From a virus (Duplodnaviria > Caudoviricetes): DNA of 25,546 nucleotides. The DNA lies in IMG/VR virus record IMGVR_UViG_3300017728_000097, positions 1-25,546 of that record. The stretch is one strand, 5' to 3'. Each line of letters begins with the position of its first letter. The first letter of the stretch is position 1. Below, in pieces: positions 1 to 9,106 of this stretch. A program made the position numbers and the translations under genes. The notes beneath the pieces were generated by a model. It saw nothing but the letters and a program-made list of their open reading frames with translations, had not been told where the DNA came from and searched no databases.

Positions 1-953
1 TTGGGATTTTTCTTAGATGGATTTTCTGGTTTGAATTTTTTTACTTTACCATCTTTACCTGAAAAGGTTTCATCAGCTTTACTTCCTGCCCACGCAAAGT
101 CTCTGTCAAAGTCAGACTTAAAGCCATCACCTTTGTCATAAAACTTACCTGCTTTACCTTTGGCAGACCATGCAGACATGCCGGCACCAATTGTACCTTG
201 TGCTACAGCACCTGTTGCACCTGTAATTAATGTTCTAGTTAAATTATAATCAGTCATTAATCCTGCATCTTTTTCAGCAGTTTGTCTAGCTAAGTCAGCG
301 GCTACGGCAACACTACCACCATACATAGCTTCTTTCTTACCTATTTCTAATGCAGCTTTTTTAGCTACTTGTTTTTGAAACTCAGCTTTACTTAAAGCAC
401 CTATTGCAGTTTTACTTGCTTCTCTTGCAACAATTTTACCTGCACCTAAACTAAATAAGTTAATTGGGTCAGCTATTAATGCAGGTACAAAATCTTTAGC
501 CCACTTGTAAAAACCAATTGTTTCACCACCAAAATAAGGTAAGTCAGCATACAACTGTGTAATCTCTGCCCAGTCACCTTTGTACTGGTCATCCTTAGCT
601 AATACTTGTCCAACATCATTAACAATACCTACTGTATTGTACTCACTCCAAATTCTGTCTTGATAAAATTTTTCTATTAATTCAGTTTTAGTGTAATCTT
701 TAATTGCTTTACCACCAGTAACAGCATTGTTTGCATCACTTAAACCACCTTCATAATATCTACGTAATACATTTTGAAAATCATCAGATTGTAGTTTGTC
801 TAGTGCAAGTTTTTGACGCTCAGCTTTTTGCATAGCATCATATTTTTTACGTTCTATTCTGTTTCTTCTATTCTTTTTATGAGAAGCCATACCCTTCTCT
901 GTGTTTGTTAGCGTATCATCTTCTGTAAAAGAAATTCCTAAATCTAATGCCAT
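1..953 (-). CDS. Internal virion (ejection) protein, T7 gp16-like; N-terminal part only, runs off the window
   Basis: Not in the ORF track. My translation from ATG at 953 (MALDLGISFTEDDTLTNTEKG...) is open to position 1. AGGA SD at 961-964. Follows the gp15-like gene and has Ala/Gly-rich segments. Confidence 0.75.
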   Translation of the reverse strand, partial: MALDLGISFTEDDTLTNTEKGMASHKKNRRNRIERKKYDAMQKAERQKLALDKLQSDDFQNVLRRYYEGGLSDANNAVTGGKAIKDYTKTELIEKFYQDRIWSEYNTVGIVNDVGQVLAKDDQYKGDWAEITQLYADLPYFGGETIGFYKWAKDFVPALIADPINLFSLGAGKIVAREASKTAIGALSKAEFQKQVAKKAALEIGKKEAMYGGSVAVAADLARQTAEKDAGLMTDYNLTRTLITGATGAVAQGTIGAGMSAWSAKGKAGKFYDKGDGFKSDFDRDFAWAGSKADETFSGKDGKVKKFKPENPSKKNP

Positions 954-967
954 TGTTTATTCCTATA

Positions 968-3085
968 TTATTTTAAATATTCACTAACCAATTCATCTAA
1001 TTGAACTGAACTAATGTTAAATGCTTTTGCTAAATTTAACTTAGCGTCTTCACTTAGAACTCTATTGTATAAATCTTTAGTTATTGGTCTTCCTGTAAGT
1101 TGCTCAAGTGTATCTACAAAGAAATTTTGTTGTGCTTCTACACTGTCACCTTTTTCAAATAAACCTAAAGGTGTGTATGTTTCAATCTGTGGAAGTTCAA
1201 ACGTTTGTATATTTTCATTTATATTATCTATTACTTGATTTATCTGGTCAGTATAGTCAGTATTCTCTATTTCTAAATCTTTAATTAATCTTTCTGCTAA
1301 TGACTGTTGTGCTACTTTATCAGTTTTAAAATTTTCAAATCCTTTTGTATTTAATAATCTTTGAAAATCTGCACTTTCCATCATTACTGTAACAGGTGAC
1401 AATAAACTAGCTTCTGCCTGTGAAGTAATCTGAGTTGCAAAAGGTTTAAAAGTTTCTACTGCACTTGCAACATTACTTTCATAATACTCAACTACTATAT
1501 CATCTAAGTCAATAGAAGAAGTTAAATCTATTCCTTCTTTGTTTATTCTATCTGCTAAACCATTTAACCATGTTTGATTAGAATATGTTTGTATTTTTTC
1601 ATTATATGTTTTAGTAAAGAACTCTTGTTGTTTTAAATTCCACGCATCTTTTTCACTAGCATCAGCTAATTTTAAAGGTCTAGGATGTTGTGACAACCAT
1701 TCCATATAATCTTTTTGCATTTCTTGTTGAATTAAATCTGACACATATTGATTTTTTTGTGAATTATATTTCTTATCTACAGCAGGAACTAAGTCTACAA
1801 TTATTTTATTAATTTTACCAACTGTATTTGTAAATGCTTTTTCTTGAAATGGTGGTGTGTATGCATTTGCTTCTCTTGTTTTTGCATCTACTAGCATCTT
1901 GTTTAATAACACCAATGTTTCTGGATTGTTTGATGCATCTCTATAAGCTTCTAATAAACCATTTTCATTATTATTATATAAACCATTCATTATATCTATT
2001 TGTATATTTGCAACTTTGTTTTGGTCTTCAAATAATTCTAAATTGTTTTTAGCAATACTGTTTAAAGTTATATTTAAAGATGGATGTGCTTTAACAGCAT
2101 CTTTAACTTGTGTTTGATATTCTAGTTCACCTTCAACTGTACTTCTATCTATGTTAAATATACTTTCTATTCTGTCATTTTTATCTTTTTCTTTAGCTCT
2201 AACAGATGCTGTGTATTCTGCATTAGCTAATGTTCTATTTTTATTTTCATAAGCTTCAATAACTTTTGCAATATCAGGATTGTTTTTAACACTTCTTAAT
2301 GAACCTAATTCGTTTCCACCTTCACCAATTCCTCTGTCCATGTTTATAATATCTTCTATTTTAGCTAAATCAGCAGTACTTGCAGCTCCATCAATAGCGT
2401 TGTTAAGAAATAAAAGTGCAGCATCATTAGCTTCTTTATTTGTATATAAATATCTTCTGACTGTGCCACCTTCTTCTGGTGGAAGAGGTGTGTGTAAACT
2501 GTTTACTTCTTTCCAAAAATCTTCTGGTTCTGTACGTGAAACTATTTTTGCACCTTCTTTTAATTTTTCTGTTTGTGCAAAATCACTTCTTACTTTTGCA
2601 TCTTTAATAGCATCTTTAGCTTTATAATTATTAAATACAGCTGCAAATCCTAAAGCATATGAACCATCTTTATCTGCAAAACTTGGTAAATATTCTTTGT
2701 AAAAAGCAGGTAGATTAGTTGTTTGAAAATCATATTTATCTTTATTGGCTTCTATCTGTGTAATAGCATCAATAGCTTGATGTCTTCCTGTGTGATATTG
2801 TACAGTTTTTTGTACATATTTATTATTTAAATTAGGATGTTTACCTTCTAGTATTTCTTTTTGAACTGTGTCAGCATCTCTTGTAGTTAACAATTGATTA
2901 ATTTCTTGTACAGCTTCATCTTTTTTGTTTTCAACATTTTTAACCATTATTCTGCTAATAGCAGGATTAACGTCTTTTTTTAAAATGTTAATTAAATCTG
3001 TTGCATCTGTTGCGGTGGCTGCGTTTACTCTACCTGCAAACGTAGAGCCCATGTATTTATTTGTTACTCTTGATTTATATGCCAT
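968..3085 (-). CDS. Internal virion protein, T7 gp15-like
   Basis: 705 aa helical-looking protein in the gp14-gp15-gp16 position. TAATG overlap with the upstream gene. Assigned by synteny and size. Confidence 0.65.
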   Translation of the reverse strand: MAYKSRVTNKYMGSTFAGRVNAATATDATDLINILKKDVNPAISRIMVKNVENKKDEAVQEINQLLTTRDADTVQKEILEGKHPNLNNKYVQKTVQYHTGRHQAIDAITQIEANKDKYDFQTTNLPAFYKEYLPSFADKDGSYALGFAAVFNNYKAKDAIKDAKVRSDFAQTEKLKEGAKIVSRTEPEDFWKEVNSLHTPLPPEEGGTVRRYLYTNKEANDAALLFLNNAIDGAASTADLAKIEDIINMDRGIGEGGNELGSLRSVKNNPDIAKVIEAYENKNRTLANAEYTASVRAKEKDKNDRIESIFNIDRSTVEGELEYQTQVKDAVKAHPSLNITLNSIAKNNLELFEDQNKVANIQIDIMNGLYNNNENGLLEAYRDASNNPETLVLLNKMLVDAKTREANAYTPPFQEKAFTNTVGKINKIIVDLVPAVDKKYNSQKNQYVSDLIQQEMQKDYMEWLSQHPRPLKLADASEKDAWNLKQQEFFTKTYNEKIQTYSNQTWLNGLADRINKEGIDLTSSIDLDDIVVEYYESNVASAVETFKPFATQITSQAEASLLSPVTVMMESADFQRLLNTKGFENFKTDKVAQQSLAERLIKDLEIENTDYTDQINQVIDNINENIQTFELPQIETYTPLGLFEKGDSVEAQQNFFVDTLEQLTGRPITKDLYNRVLSEDAKLNLAKAFNISSVQLDELVSEYLK

Positions 3086-3618
3086 TATGGTGCTACTACC
3101 TCTCCTGTATCTGGTTTAGTTAATGCTTTATTCATTGCGTACCCTTCAGCTCCAATTGTGCCTACTTGTAATAATAATCCTGTTTGACTAGGCATCACGA
3201 CAGGTTTAATACTATTATATCTTCTTTGTTGTGCAGCATATGCATCATCTTCTTGATACATTAATTTAATTACATCTGTTTCATAATCTCTTGCAACATC
3301 TAAAAACTGCATATCATATGTACCTGCAATGTCTTGTATAATTTTAGTGCCATTACCTGCGTTCTTATTTAATGCTTGTGCTTCTTTTTTAATATTTTCT
3401 TGAGATATTCTAAAATCTTCTGCTTTCTTTTCTCTACTTGCTGCCACTTTTTCTGCATCTATTTTAGCTAAATCATTTAAATATGCTTGGTCAGAATTTT
3501 TTCTTGTTATTGCGTTTGCTTGTTCTTGACTTTCTGCAACTACTTTTTTGCTTCTGTAATCTTGTACTGCTGTAGCTATCTTCAATCCGGCAGTTATTGC
3601 CGATACTGCATCACACAT
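3085..3618 (-). CDS. Internal virion protein, T7 gp14-like
   Basis: 177 aa with an MC- start, Ala-rich hydrophobic N-terminus and Gln/Ala-rich helix, directly after the gp13-like gene. Confidence 0.7.
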   Translation of the reverse strand: MCDAVSAITAGLKIATAVQDYRSKKVVAESQEQANAITRKNSDQAYLNDLAKIDAEKVAASREKKAEDFRISQENIKKEAQALNKNAGNGTKIIQDIAGTYDMQFLDVARDYETDVIKLMYQEDDAYAAQQRRYNSIKPVVMPSQTGLLLQVGTIGAEGYAMNKALTKPDTGEVVAP

Positions 3619-3620
3619 AG

Positions 3621-4100
3621 TTAATTGTTTATCTCCTTCATCATTAATAAAAATGGCATTTTACCAAAACCATAATCTCCTATTTCAGTTTTTGGTTCAA
3701 AGCCTAAATACTGAAGCCATTTAAGTGACTTCCAATTTCTTTTGTCTACAAAGTTATAAAGATATTTATAACCTTTACCCATCTCATCTATCCAATACGG
3801 ACATTCTTTTATAAATTGTTTTGTATGTTTGAATAGTGTTTCACTAGACAACATCCATGCTACGCCATAGTCAGGCTCAGCACATTTAGCAACACCAAAC
3901 ATACCTATAACACCTTCATCTGTTGTACCTATAATACTATAAACTTTACCATTAGGTTCCGTAAATGGAAACACTAACGCTTGTAAAGGTGAAGAGTTAT
4001 TAGATGCTCTAATCTCTGCACGGTCAGCTTGGCGTATTCTAGGTGCTAATTCTAAAGTATCTTTTAGTATAGCGGGTCGTACGTAGTTTTCTCTGGTCAT
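3621..4100 (-). CDS. T7 gp13-like protein (GNAT-like fold, DUF2833-like)
   Basis: 159 aa with R.AD..E, GVAWML and LYNFVDKRN...LKWLQYLGF motifs. Lies after tail tubular B. Confidence 0.8.
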   Translation of the reverse strand: MTRENYVRPAILKDTLELAPRIRQADRAEIRASNNSSPLQALVFPFTEPNGKVYSIIGTTDEGVIGMFGVAKCAEPDYGVAWMLSSETLFKHTKQFIKECPYWIDEMGKGYKYLYNFVDKRNWKSLKWLQYLGFEPKTEIGDYGFGKMPFLLMMKEINN

Positions 4101-6593
4101 TTAAATCCTTGTTGAACGATTATGATAATATCCTTCTACCTCTGCACTAGCAATATACATTGGCAGGTGTGAAGAACTTTTAATATCTAATGTAAAATCT
4201 GTGTTTCTACATGAAACGGGTACCTTAATAGTTCCTGAACTAATAGCAGGTACACCTACTTTACTTGTAGCTGTTCCAATAACATACCCATTCATAAATG
4301 AATAACTTGTGCTTCTACCGTTAGGTGTTACTTCAACTTGAAAGTAACCTGAAGTTTCATAGTTTAATGATATGTTTCTAATTTGATAACGTCCAGAAGT
4401 AATAGCAACTAATCCTCTGCCTGAATTTTCTCTAACATACTGAGGTGACATTCTATATTTACTTTCATATGGAATACCAATAATTAAATTTGTGTGGTTA
4501 CCTTCTATAGTGTAGGTAGAGCCTGTTGTATTTGTTACAGAATAATTATTTCCGTTAACGCCATCTACTGCTATTAAACCAGTTTTAACACCATACGGTG
4601 ATGTAAACGTAGTTAAGTTAGTATTAGCATCATACGTGCCTGTAACATTCTGTCTTAAATCTAAATAAATATTAAAACCTATAGTACCGTTTCTTAAATT
4701 TCTTAAATCAATTTTTATTAATTTAGTATCTGTTCCTTCTACTACTAACAAATAAACAAAACTTTCAAAAGACATACCACCTAATATTTTAGCATTATCA
4801 AATGTCCACTTAGACCATGCAGTTTGTACTTTTTCACCTTTATCAAAAAAGTATTTATAGATAAACATAGTACCACCATTAGTTGATGTAATGTCTGTAC
4901 CTGTAGTGTAAGGTGCCGTTTGTGTATCTGCTGTATCTGAAGCTAATGTAATTAAAGTATCTTCAGTTGTATTACTAATTAATTGATATGCATTACTTGG
5001 TATTAAGTTTTGTACTGATACTGTAATATCTAAACCATCATTAGTTAGTGTATCATCATCTGCATAGTATTCTCTAATTGCTGTATTATTATTTCTTGCT
5101 TGTGCAAAGTATGCATATTTACCTGCTGATACAGGTTTTACATTTGCATCAAATTCAAATGCTGATACTTCATTAAGAACAGCACTTGTAGGAGATATTG
5201 TTTCTCCAACACTTCCTAATTTATACTGTGCTTTTTCAGAAAACAATAATAAACTTTCATTAAATGCAACACTATCAAATAGTGTATTAACTTCAGAACC
5301 TGAAGCTGCAATATCAATTGGGTCTGTATCTAATACTTGTGTAACTGTTTTAGAAAAGAAATTAAAGAAACCTGCATTTTCAGATAAAATTAAATTATCT
5401 CTTGAAAGCATGCCTAATCTATTTTTATAAAACAATAAATTATTAATTTGGTTTCCTACAAAACTTGGATTAGAGTTTGTAATACCATCTCCTGCATTTC
5501 TATCATCCCAATCTATTTCTTGAAATGTAAATGTACCATCATTATTATTTATTAAAGCATGTGGTAATGTAGAGTTATCTAAACCAAGACTTACATCTTG
5601 ACCTATAGTTTCTTTCCAAACACCATCTGTTTCAAACTTTACATAATAATCAGATAATGTATCTCCATCTTCACCTGTAACTTTTATAATACTGTCAGTA
5701 CTTGCGTGATAAGGTAATTTTGTAAAGTCAGATATTTCATCTCTTATAGAATACATACCTGTATTACCAGAACCATCAGCTGTTAACACTGTGTAATTAC
5801 TATTGCCATCTGTTGAAATACCTCTAATAACACCCGGATATTGAGACATAGTAAAATAATTAGTTACTTCCGAAGATGTTCCTAATCCTTGAGTTGTGCT
5901 TAAAGTTGCACCTGTGTCTTCTCTAGTTAATTTAAAACTAGCATCTGAAGATGCATCAAAATAAGTACTAGACGTACCTCTAAATAAAATATCTGCAATA
6001 TGTGCTGTATCTCTAAACACAGCATCATGGTTTAAATTACTACCACTTGGCATTTGTAAAGAAGATTTAACAGCATAAGACATATTAGGATGTTGTACTG
6101 TTACAGCATATTCTCTACCATAATTAGATGTAACAACATTAATATAAAATTCTTCTATCTTTGCAGCACTTGTGTTTGTATCTGCTAAAACTGTAGTTTG
6201 TTTATTTGCAACAAAAGTGTAGTCTGCAATGTTAACTAATTTAAAATCTGCTTTAGGATTAGTTGAAGTTAAATAACTACCACCACTTGCTATTGTAACA
6301 GGTTTTTCATTACCATCTAAATCATAAACTTTTACACCACCATTATAGAATATAACAACAAATTGATTATCTTTATCTCTTTGTATAGACCAAAACTTTA
6401 CAGTGTTAGGAAATACATTGGTAGCATCTATAGTGTCTATATATTCAAAAGCAGGTCTTTTAGATAAACCATCTACAATATTGTTTTGTAAATTTACCTG
6501 TTCTTCTGCTTGGTTGATACCTCTCTGTGTTGGTGTTTGTTGTGAGATACCATTCAGAAAATTAGGAATACTCTGAGATACTACTCCACCCAT
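4101..6593 (-). CDS. Tail tubular protein B / nozzle (T7 gp12-like)
   Basis: 830 aa. N-terminal VSQSIPNFLNGISQQ and GLSKRP, plus NPSFVG, FYKNRLG, DPIDI and QTAWSKW, are typical of gp12. Confidence 0.93.
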   Translation of the reverse strand: MGGVVSQSIPNFLNGISQQTPTQRGINQAEEQVNLQNNIVDGLSKRPAFEYIDTIDATNVFPNTVKFWSIQRDKDNQFVVIFYNGGVKVYDLDGNEKPVTIASGGSYLTSTNPKADFKLVNIADYTFVANKQTTVLADTNTSAAKIEEFYINVVTSNYGREYAVTVQHPNMSYAVKSSLQMPSGSNLNHDAVFRDTAHIADILFRGTSSTYFDASSDASFKLTREDTGATLSTTQGLGTSSEVTNYFTMSQYPGVIRGISTDGNSNYTVLTADGSGNTGMYSIRDEISDFTKLPYHASTDSIIKVTGEDGDTLSDYYVKFETDGVWKETIGQDVSLGLDNSTLPHALINNNDGTFTFQEIDWDDRNAGDGITNSNPSFVGNQINNLLFYKNRLGMLSRDNLILSENAGFFNFFSKTVTQVLDTDPIDIAASGSEVNTLFDSVAFNESLLLFSEKAQYKLGSVGETISPTSAVLNEVSAFEFDANVKPVSAGKYAYFAQARNNNTAIREYYADDDTLTNDGLDITVSVQNLIPSNAYQLISNTTEDTLITLASDTADTQTAPYTTGTDITSTNGGTMFIYKYFFDKGEKVQTAWSKWTFDNAKILGGMSFESFVYLLVVEGTDTKLIKIDLRNLRNGTIGFNIYLDLRQNVTGTYDANTNLTTFTSPYGVKTGLIAVDGVNGNNYSVTNTTGSTYTIEGNHTNLIIGIPYESKYRMSPQYVRENSGRGLVAITSGRYQIRNISLNYETSGYFQVEVTPNGRSTSYSFMNGYVIGTATSKVGVPAISSGTIKVPVSCRNTDFTLDIKSSSHLPMYIASAEVEGYYHNRSTRI

Positions 6594-7198
6594 TAATAAG
6601 TCCTTCTAGTTGGTCTATTAATTATTGAGTAAGTATTACTATCACCTTCTAGCATATTCACATCAGTTTCTTGACTATCTGCTTGGTGAAATGCCATAAG
6701 TGCTTCATTTTCATCTTGTCCAATTAATTGCACAATTTGAGCATCACCTAAAAATCTTGAAGCAAATCTTCTTGATGCTTTTTGTGTAATGTATTGTCTT
6801 GCGTATTCTGGAAGTTGTTCAAATTGTTGTACTAAAACTAAATCTACTTCTGGTACTGTTGTAAAAACATCTGTATGTGTTTCTAAATTATATAGAAAAC
6901 CATTTCTTAATGTAACATTTATGTATCTAAAGTTTTTACTAGCGTCAGCTTTAACGCAGTTTGAAGGTAGGGGAATTTTGCTATCTTGGTCTAATGCCAA
7001 GTTTTTATAATTTTCATGTGTATTGAAATGCCATCCTTGAGATTGAACTGACATAGAAGTTTCATCTAAAAGATTTTTTGCTGTACTTACATCAACGGAT
7101 GTAGTGCCTGTAATTGAGTTAACTGGAGCTTCACCGATAACAGACAACATTATGTTTATCGCTTGTAGTTCCGTAGTTGGTGTAATCTGTGTAGTCAT
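6593..7198 (-). CDS. Tail tubular protein A / adaptor (T7 gp11-like)
   Basis: 201 aa with TELQAINIMLSVIGEAPVNS, QSQGWHFN and FEQLPEYARQYI. Directly after the capsid gene. Confidence 0.93.
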   Translation of the reverse strand: MTTQITPTTELQAINIMLSVIGEAPVNSITGTTSVDVSTAKNLLDETSMSVQSQGWHFNTHENYKNLALDQDSKIPLPSNCVKADASKNFRYINVTLRNGFLYNLETHTDVFTTVPEVDLVLVQQFEQLPEYARQYITQKASRRFASRFLGDAQIVQLIGQDENEALMAFHQADSQETDVNMLEGDSNTYSIINRPTRRTY

Positions 7199-7217
7199 AA
7201 TATCCTATTAGTTAATA

Positions 7218-7251
7218 TAGCGGCGGCTTCAGTCTCCCTCTACCGCCACTA
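7218..7251 (-). terminator. GC-rich hairpin after the capsid gene (T-phi-equivalent terminator or processing site)
   Basis: Minus-strand UAGUGGCGGU/GCCGCCGCUA 10-bp stem enclosing AGA-GG-GAGA-CU-GAA. Only a weak U tract (UAUUAACU) follows. Confidence 0.55.
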
Positions 7252-7271
7252 ATAATATTAAAGTTAAGCTA

Positions 7272-8249
7272 TTACGCTTCTTTAATTCCTACAGCTGCCT
7301 CGCCTCTTAGGACACCGTGTCCCATAGCGTACTTAGCAACCATTAGAGTACCTTGTCTTCTTATATCATATTCGCTTTCAACAGCTAAATCCATAAGTTT
7401 TACAGTACCTACAGCAGAAGGATGAGATACCAAACATACGTAGTTTGATAAGTCAACAGCTTGAGGGTTTGAACCACCCGCAGTTGCTGAACCTGCATCC
7501 GGAGCCGCAGTTACGTTAGACGCTACAAAGTGTGCAGTAGGTACTAATTCAATACCTGCTACTTTAACAACTTTACCTTCCGCAATTGAACCTTGACCTG
7601 AGAAGTCAACGTTAGTTACGTTAGTACCGTTTGCTAATTTGTAGTACTCTTCTAATTTGATAAATGCTTTTCTACCTTCTTTTGGAACGTAGTTTGCATC
7701 TAATTGTTTAGCCGCATCAAACAAACTATCAATCATTGCGTTCGCTGCTGTTGAAGCAGTAGCTGAAGCAATACCTGTGTTTGTAAGTACAGTTCCTGCT
7801 GCATAACCGCTGTCGGCTACGTTTGCAGAAGCTTGTGCTGCTTGACCAATTGTTTGTAAGATATGCTTATCTTTTTGGAAAGCTAACGCTCTACCAATTT
7901 CTGTAGAGTAAGCGCTTCTTACATCCCAATGGTTTTTTGCTTCCTCAATATTTGATAAAAATACTGAAGATAAAAGAAGGTCATTAATTGTAATAACTTT
8001 CTCGTTGTGGTTTACATCTGAACCAGTTATTTCAGCACCTGCTGTATGGTACGAAGCATCCACTCTACCCATTACTGGGAAAGTTGCAGATTTACCGTTA
8101 GAAATACTTCTAACCATTTCTGCACCTTGAGTTACTGAAGCTCTATCAAAAGAAGTAAGTACTTCTCCCGCAAAAACTTTCAGAAACAGAGCGTCTTCCG
8201 AACCACTTGCATTTACTCTTCCAACTGATACTGGACTTGCATTTGCCAT
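7272..8249 (-). CDS. Major capsid protein (T7 gp10-like)
   Basis: 325 aa with ALFLKVFAGEVLTSF, RSISNGKSATFPVMGR, ITINDLL and AKYAMGHGVLR. Strong AAGGAG SD. Confidence 0.96.
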   Translation of the reverse strand: MANASPVSVGRVNASGSEDALFLKVFAGEVLTSFDRASVTQGAEMVRSISNGKSATFPVMGRVDASYHTAGAEITGSDVNHNEKVITINDLLLSSVFLSNIEEAKNHWDVRSAYSTEIGRALAFQKDKHILQTIGQAAQASANVADSGYAAGTVLTNTGIASATASTAANAMIDSLFDAAKQLDANYVPKEGRKAFIKLEEYYKLANGTNVTNVDFSGQGSIAEGKVVKVAGIELVPTAHFVASNVTAAPDAGSATAGGSNPQAVDLSNYVCLVSHPSAVGTVKLMDLAVESEYDIRRQGTLMVAKYAMGHGVLRGEAAVGIKEA

Positions 8250-8284
8250 AGTGTTCTCCTTTGTTATGACGTTTATTTATAAAA

Positions 8285-8368
8285 GCCTCTACATATGTTT
8301 CAGTTTCACATTCAAGATTGTCACCCGCAGGTGGTCAAGTTATTACACTTTATTAAATATGTGTTGGC
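8285..8368 (-). ncRNA. Candidate structured cis-regulatory RNA in the capsid 5' leader
   Basis: CACC-UGCG-GGUG hairpin with a C(UNCG)G loop at 8322-8333, enclosed by a possible outer stem GCC-aac-ACAUAU/AUAUGU-aga-GGC. Confidence 0.4.
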
Positions 8369-8377
8369 AAGCTGCCC

Positions 8378-8395
8378 CCTAAAAAGGGTGCACAA
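8378..8395 (-). promoter_or_regulatory. Candidate phage RNAP promoter for the capsid gene (phi10 equivalent)
   Basis: TTGTGCACCCTTTTTAGG(GGG) shares CCCTTTTTAG with the 11851-11868 copy and is followed by a G run typical of T7-type start sites. Confidence 0.6.
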
Positions 8396-8641
8396 CTATC
8401 TACACTTCCATTTACGTAATGCTAGAGCTTTTCTTGTAGGTTTACCATTAGGTTTTTTCATTGCACCTTTTACTCCGGACATACGAGCACAGAAACTAGC
8501 TCTACGCTTAGCCGCTTTAGAACCACGTTTAACTTTTCCTGTGACTGGAGCTTTTAAATTAGCACCAGTTTTTCTTTTAAAATATTTTCTTCCGGCAGCA
8601 TTTAAACCGCCGGAAGGTGACTGATATTTTTTAGCCGGCAT
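8396..8641 (-). CDS. Small highly basic protein (resembles DUF6321)
   Basis: 81 aa with 26 K/R and no D/E. Motifs GGLNAAGR, NLKAPV, RRASFCARM and PTRKALALRKWKC. TAATG-coupled to the upstream ORF. Family name is from recall. Confidence 0.8.
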   Translation of the reverse strand: MPAKKYQSPSGGLNAAGRKYFKRKTGANLKAPVTGKVKRGSKAAKRRASFCARMSGVKGAMKKPNGKPTRKALALRKWKCR

Positions 8642-8790
8642 TACTTTTTCTTAGCTGTCTTTGCCGCTCTTTTAAATTGTTTTTTAGTAGGTGCACCTTT
8701 AGCTCCAACCTTACGCATTTTTTCACCAGAACCCGCAGCGATACGTTTACGCTTCGCATGGATGTTGGCGTACAGTCCTTTTTTAGCCAT
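8641..8790 (-). CDS. Basic microprotein, 49 aa
   Basis: Not in the track. MAKKGLYANIHAKRKRIAAGSGEKMRKVGAKGAPTKKQFKRAAKTAKKK, with TAATG overlaps at both ends. Confidence 0.85.
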   Translation of the reverse strand: MAKKGLYANIHAKRKRIAAGSGEKMRKVGAKGAPTKKQFKRAAKTAKKK

Positions 8791-8894
8791 TACTTCTTTT
8801 TAGCTTTCATAATTTTTTTCTGTAATGCAGCAGGTAGTTTTTTCTGTCCACCTTTTAACATTTTTTTACCTTTAGCTTTTTTCTTTCCGTACAT
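8790..8894 (-). CDS. Lysine-rich microprotein, 34 aa
   Basis: Not in the track. MYGKKKAKGKKMLKGGQKKLPAALQKKIMKAKKK. AAGGA SD upstream and stop overlaps the next ATG. Confidence 0.75.
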   Translation of the reverse strand: MYGKKKAKGKKMLKGGQKKLPAALQKKIMKAKKK

Positions 8895-9105
8895 TGTTTT
8901 TTCCTTTTGTTACGTTTTTAGTTATTTCATCAATTTCTGATATGGCATGTTTTGCATGTACTAATTTATCAAACTGTGATTTTATAGTTTTCATAAAATT
9001 ATCATGGTCTGCAACACCAACAGAATTTTTTAAAAATGTATCAATAACTGCTGTACTCTCCGCAACCTCTGCGTCATACAGCTTTTTTAATGCTATTAAC
9101 CACAT
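8872..9105 (-). CDS. Hypothetical protein, 77 aa (helical, VGVADH motif)
   Basis: Starts 1 nt after the scaffold stop. Resembles small conserved marine-phage proteins with a VG(I/V)x(E/D)H motif. Confidence 0.7.
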   Translation of the reverse strand: MWLIALKKLYDAEVAESTAVIDTFLKNSVGVADHDNFMKTIKSQFDKLVHAKHAISEIDEITKNVTKGKNNVRKEKS

Positions 9106-9106
9106 A

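Noticed and set aside
7199-7300. T7 10A/10B-type frameshift extension of the capsid
   Set aside because: No clear slippery site. The gene ends TAA TAG with only 73 nt before the next gene.
8295-8320. GAAAC and CUGA words in the capsid leader suggesting a hammerhead
   Set aside because: No CUGANGA core or compatible three-stem arrangement.
8373-8392. UGCACCCU-UUUU-AGGGGGCA hairpin as a terminator
   Set aside because: It has a mismatch and no U tract, and is better explained as the promoter motif plus the initiating G run.
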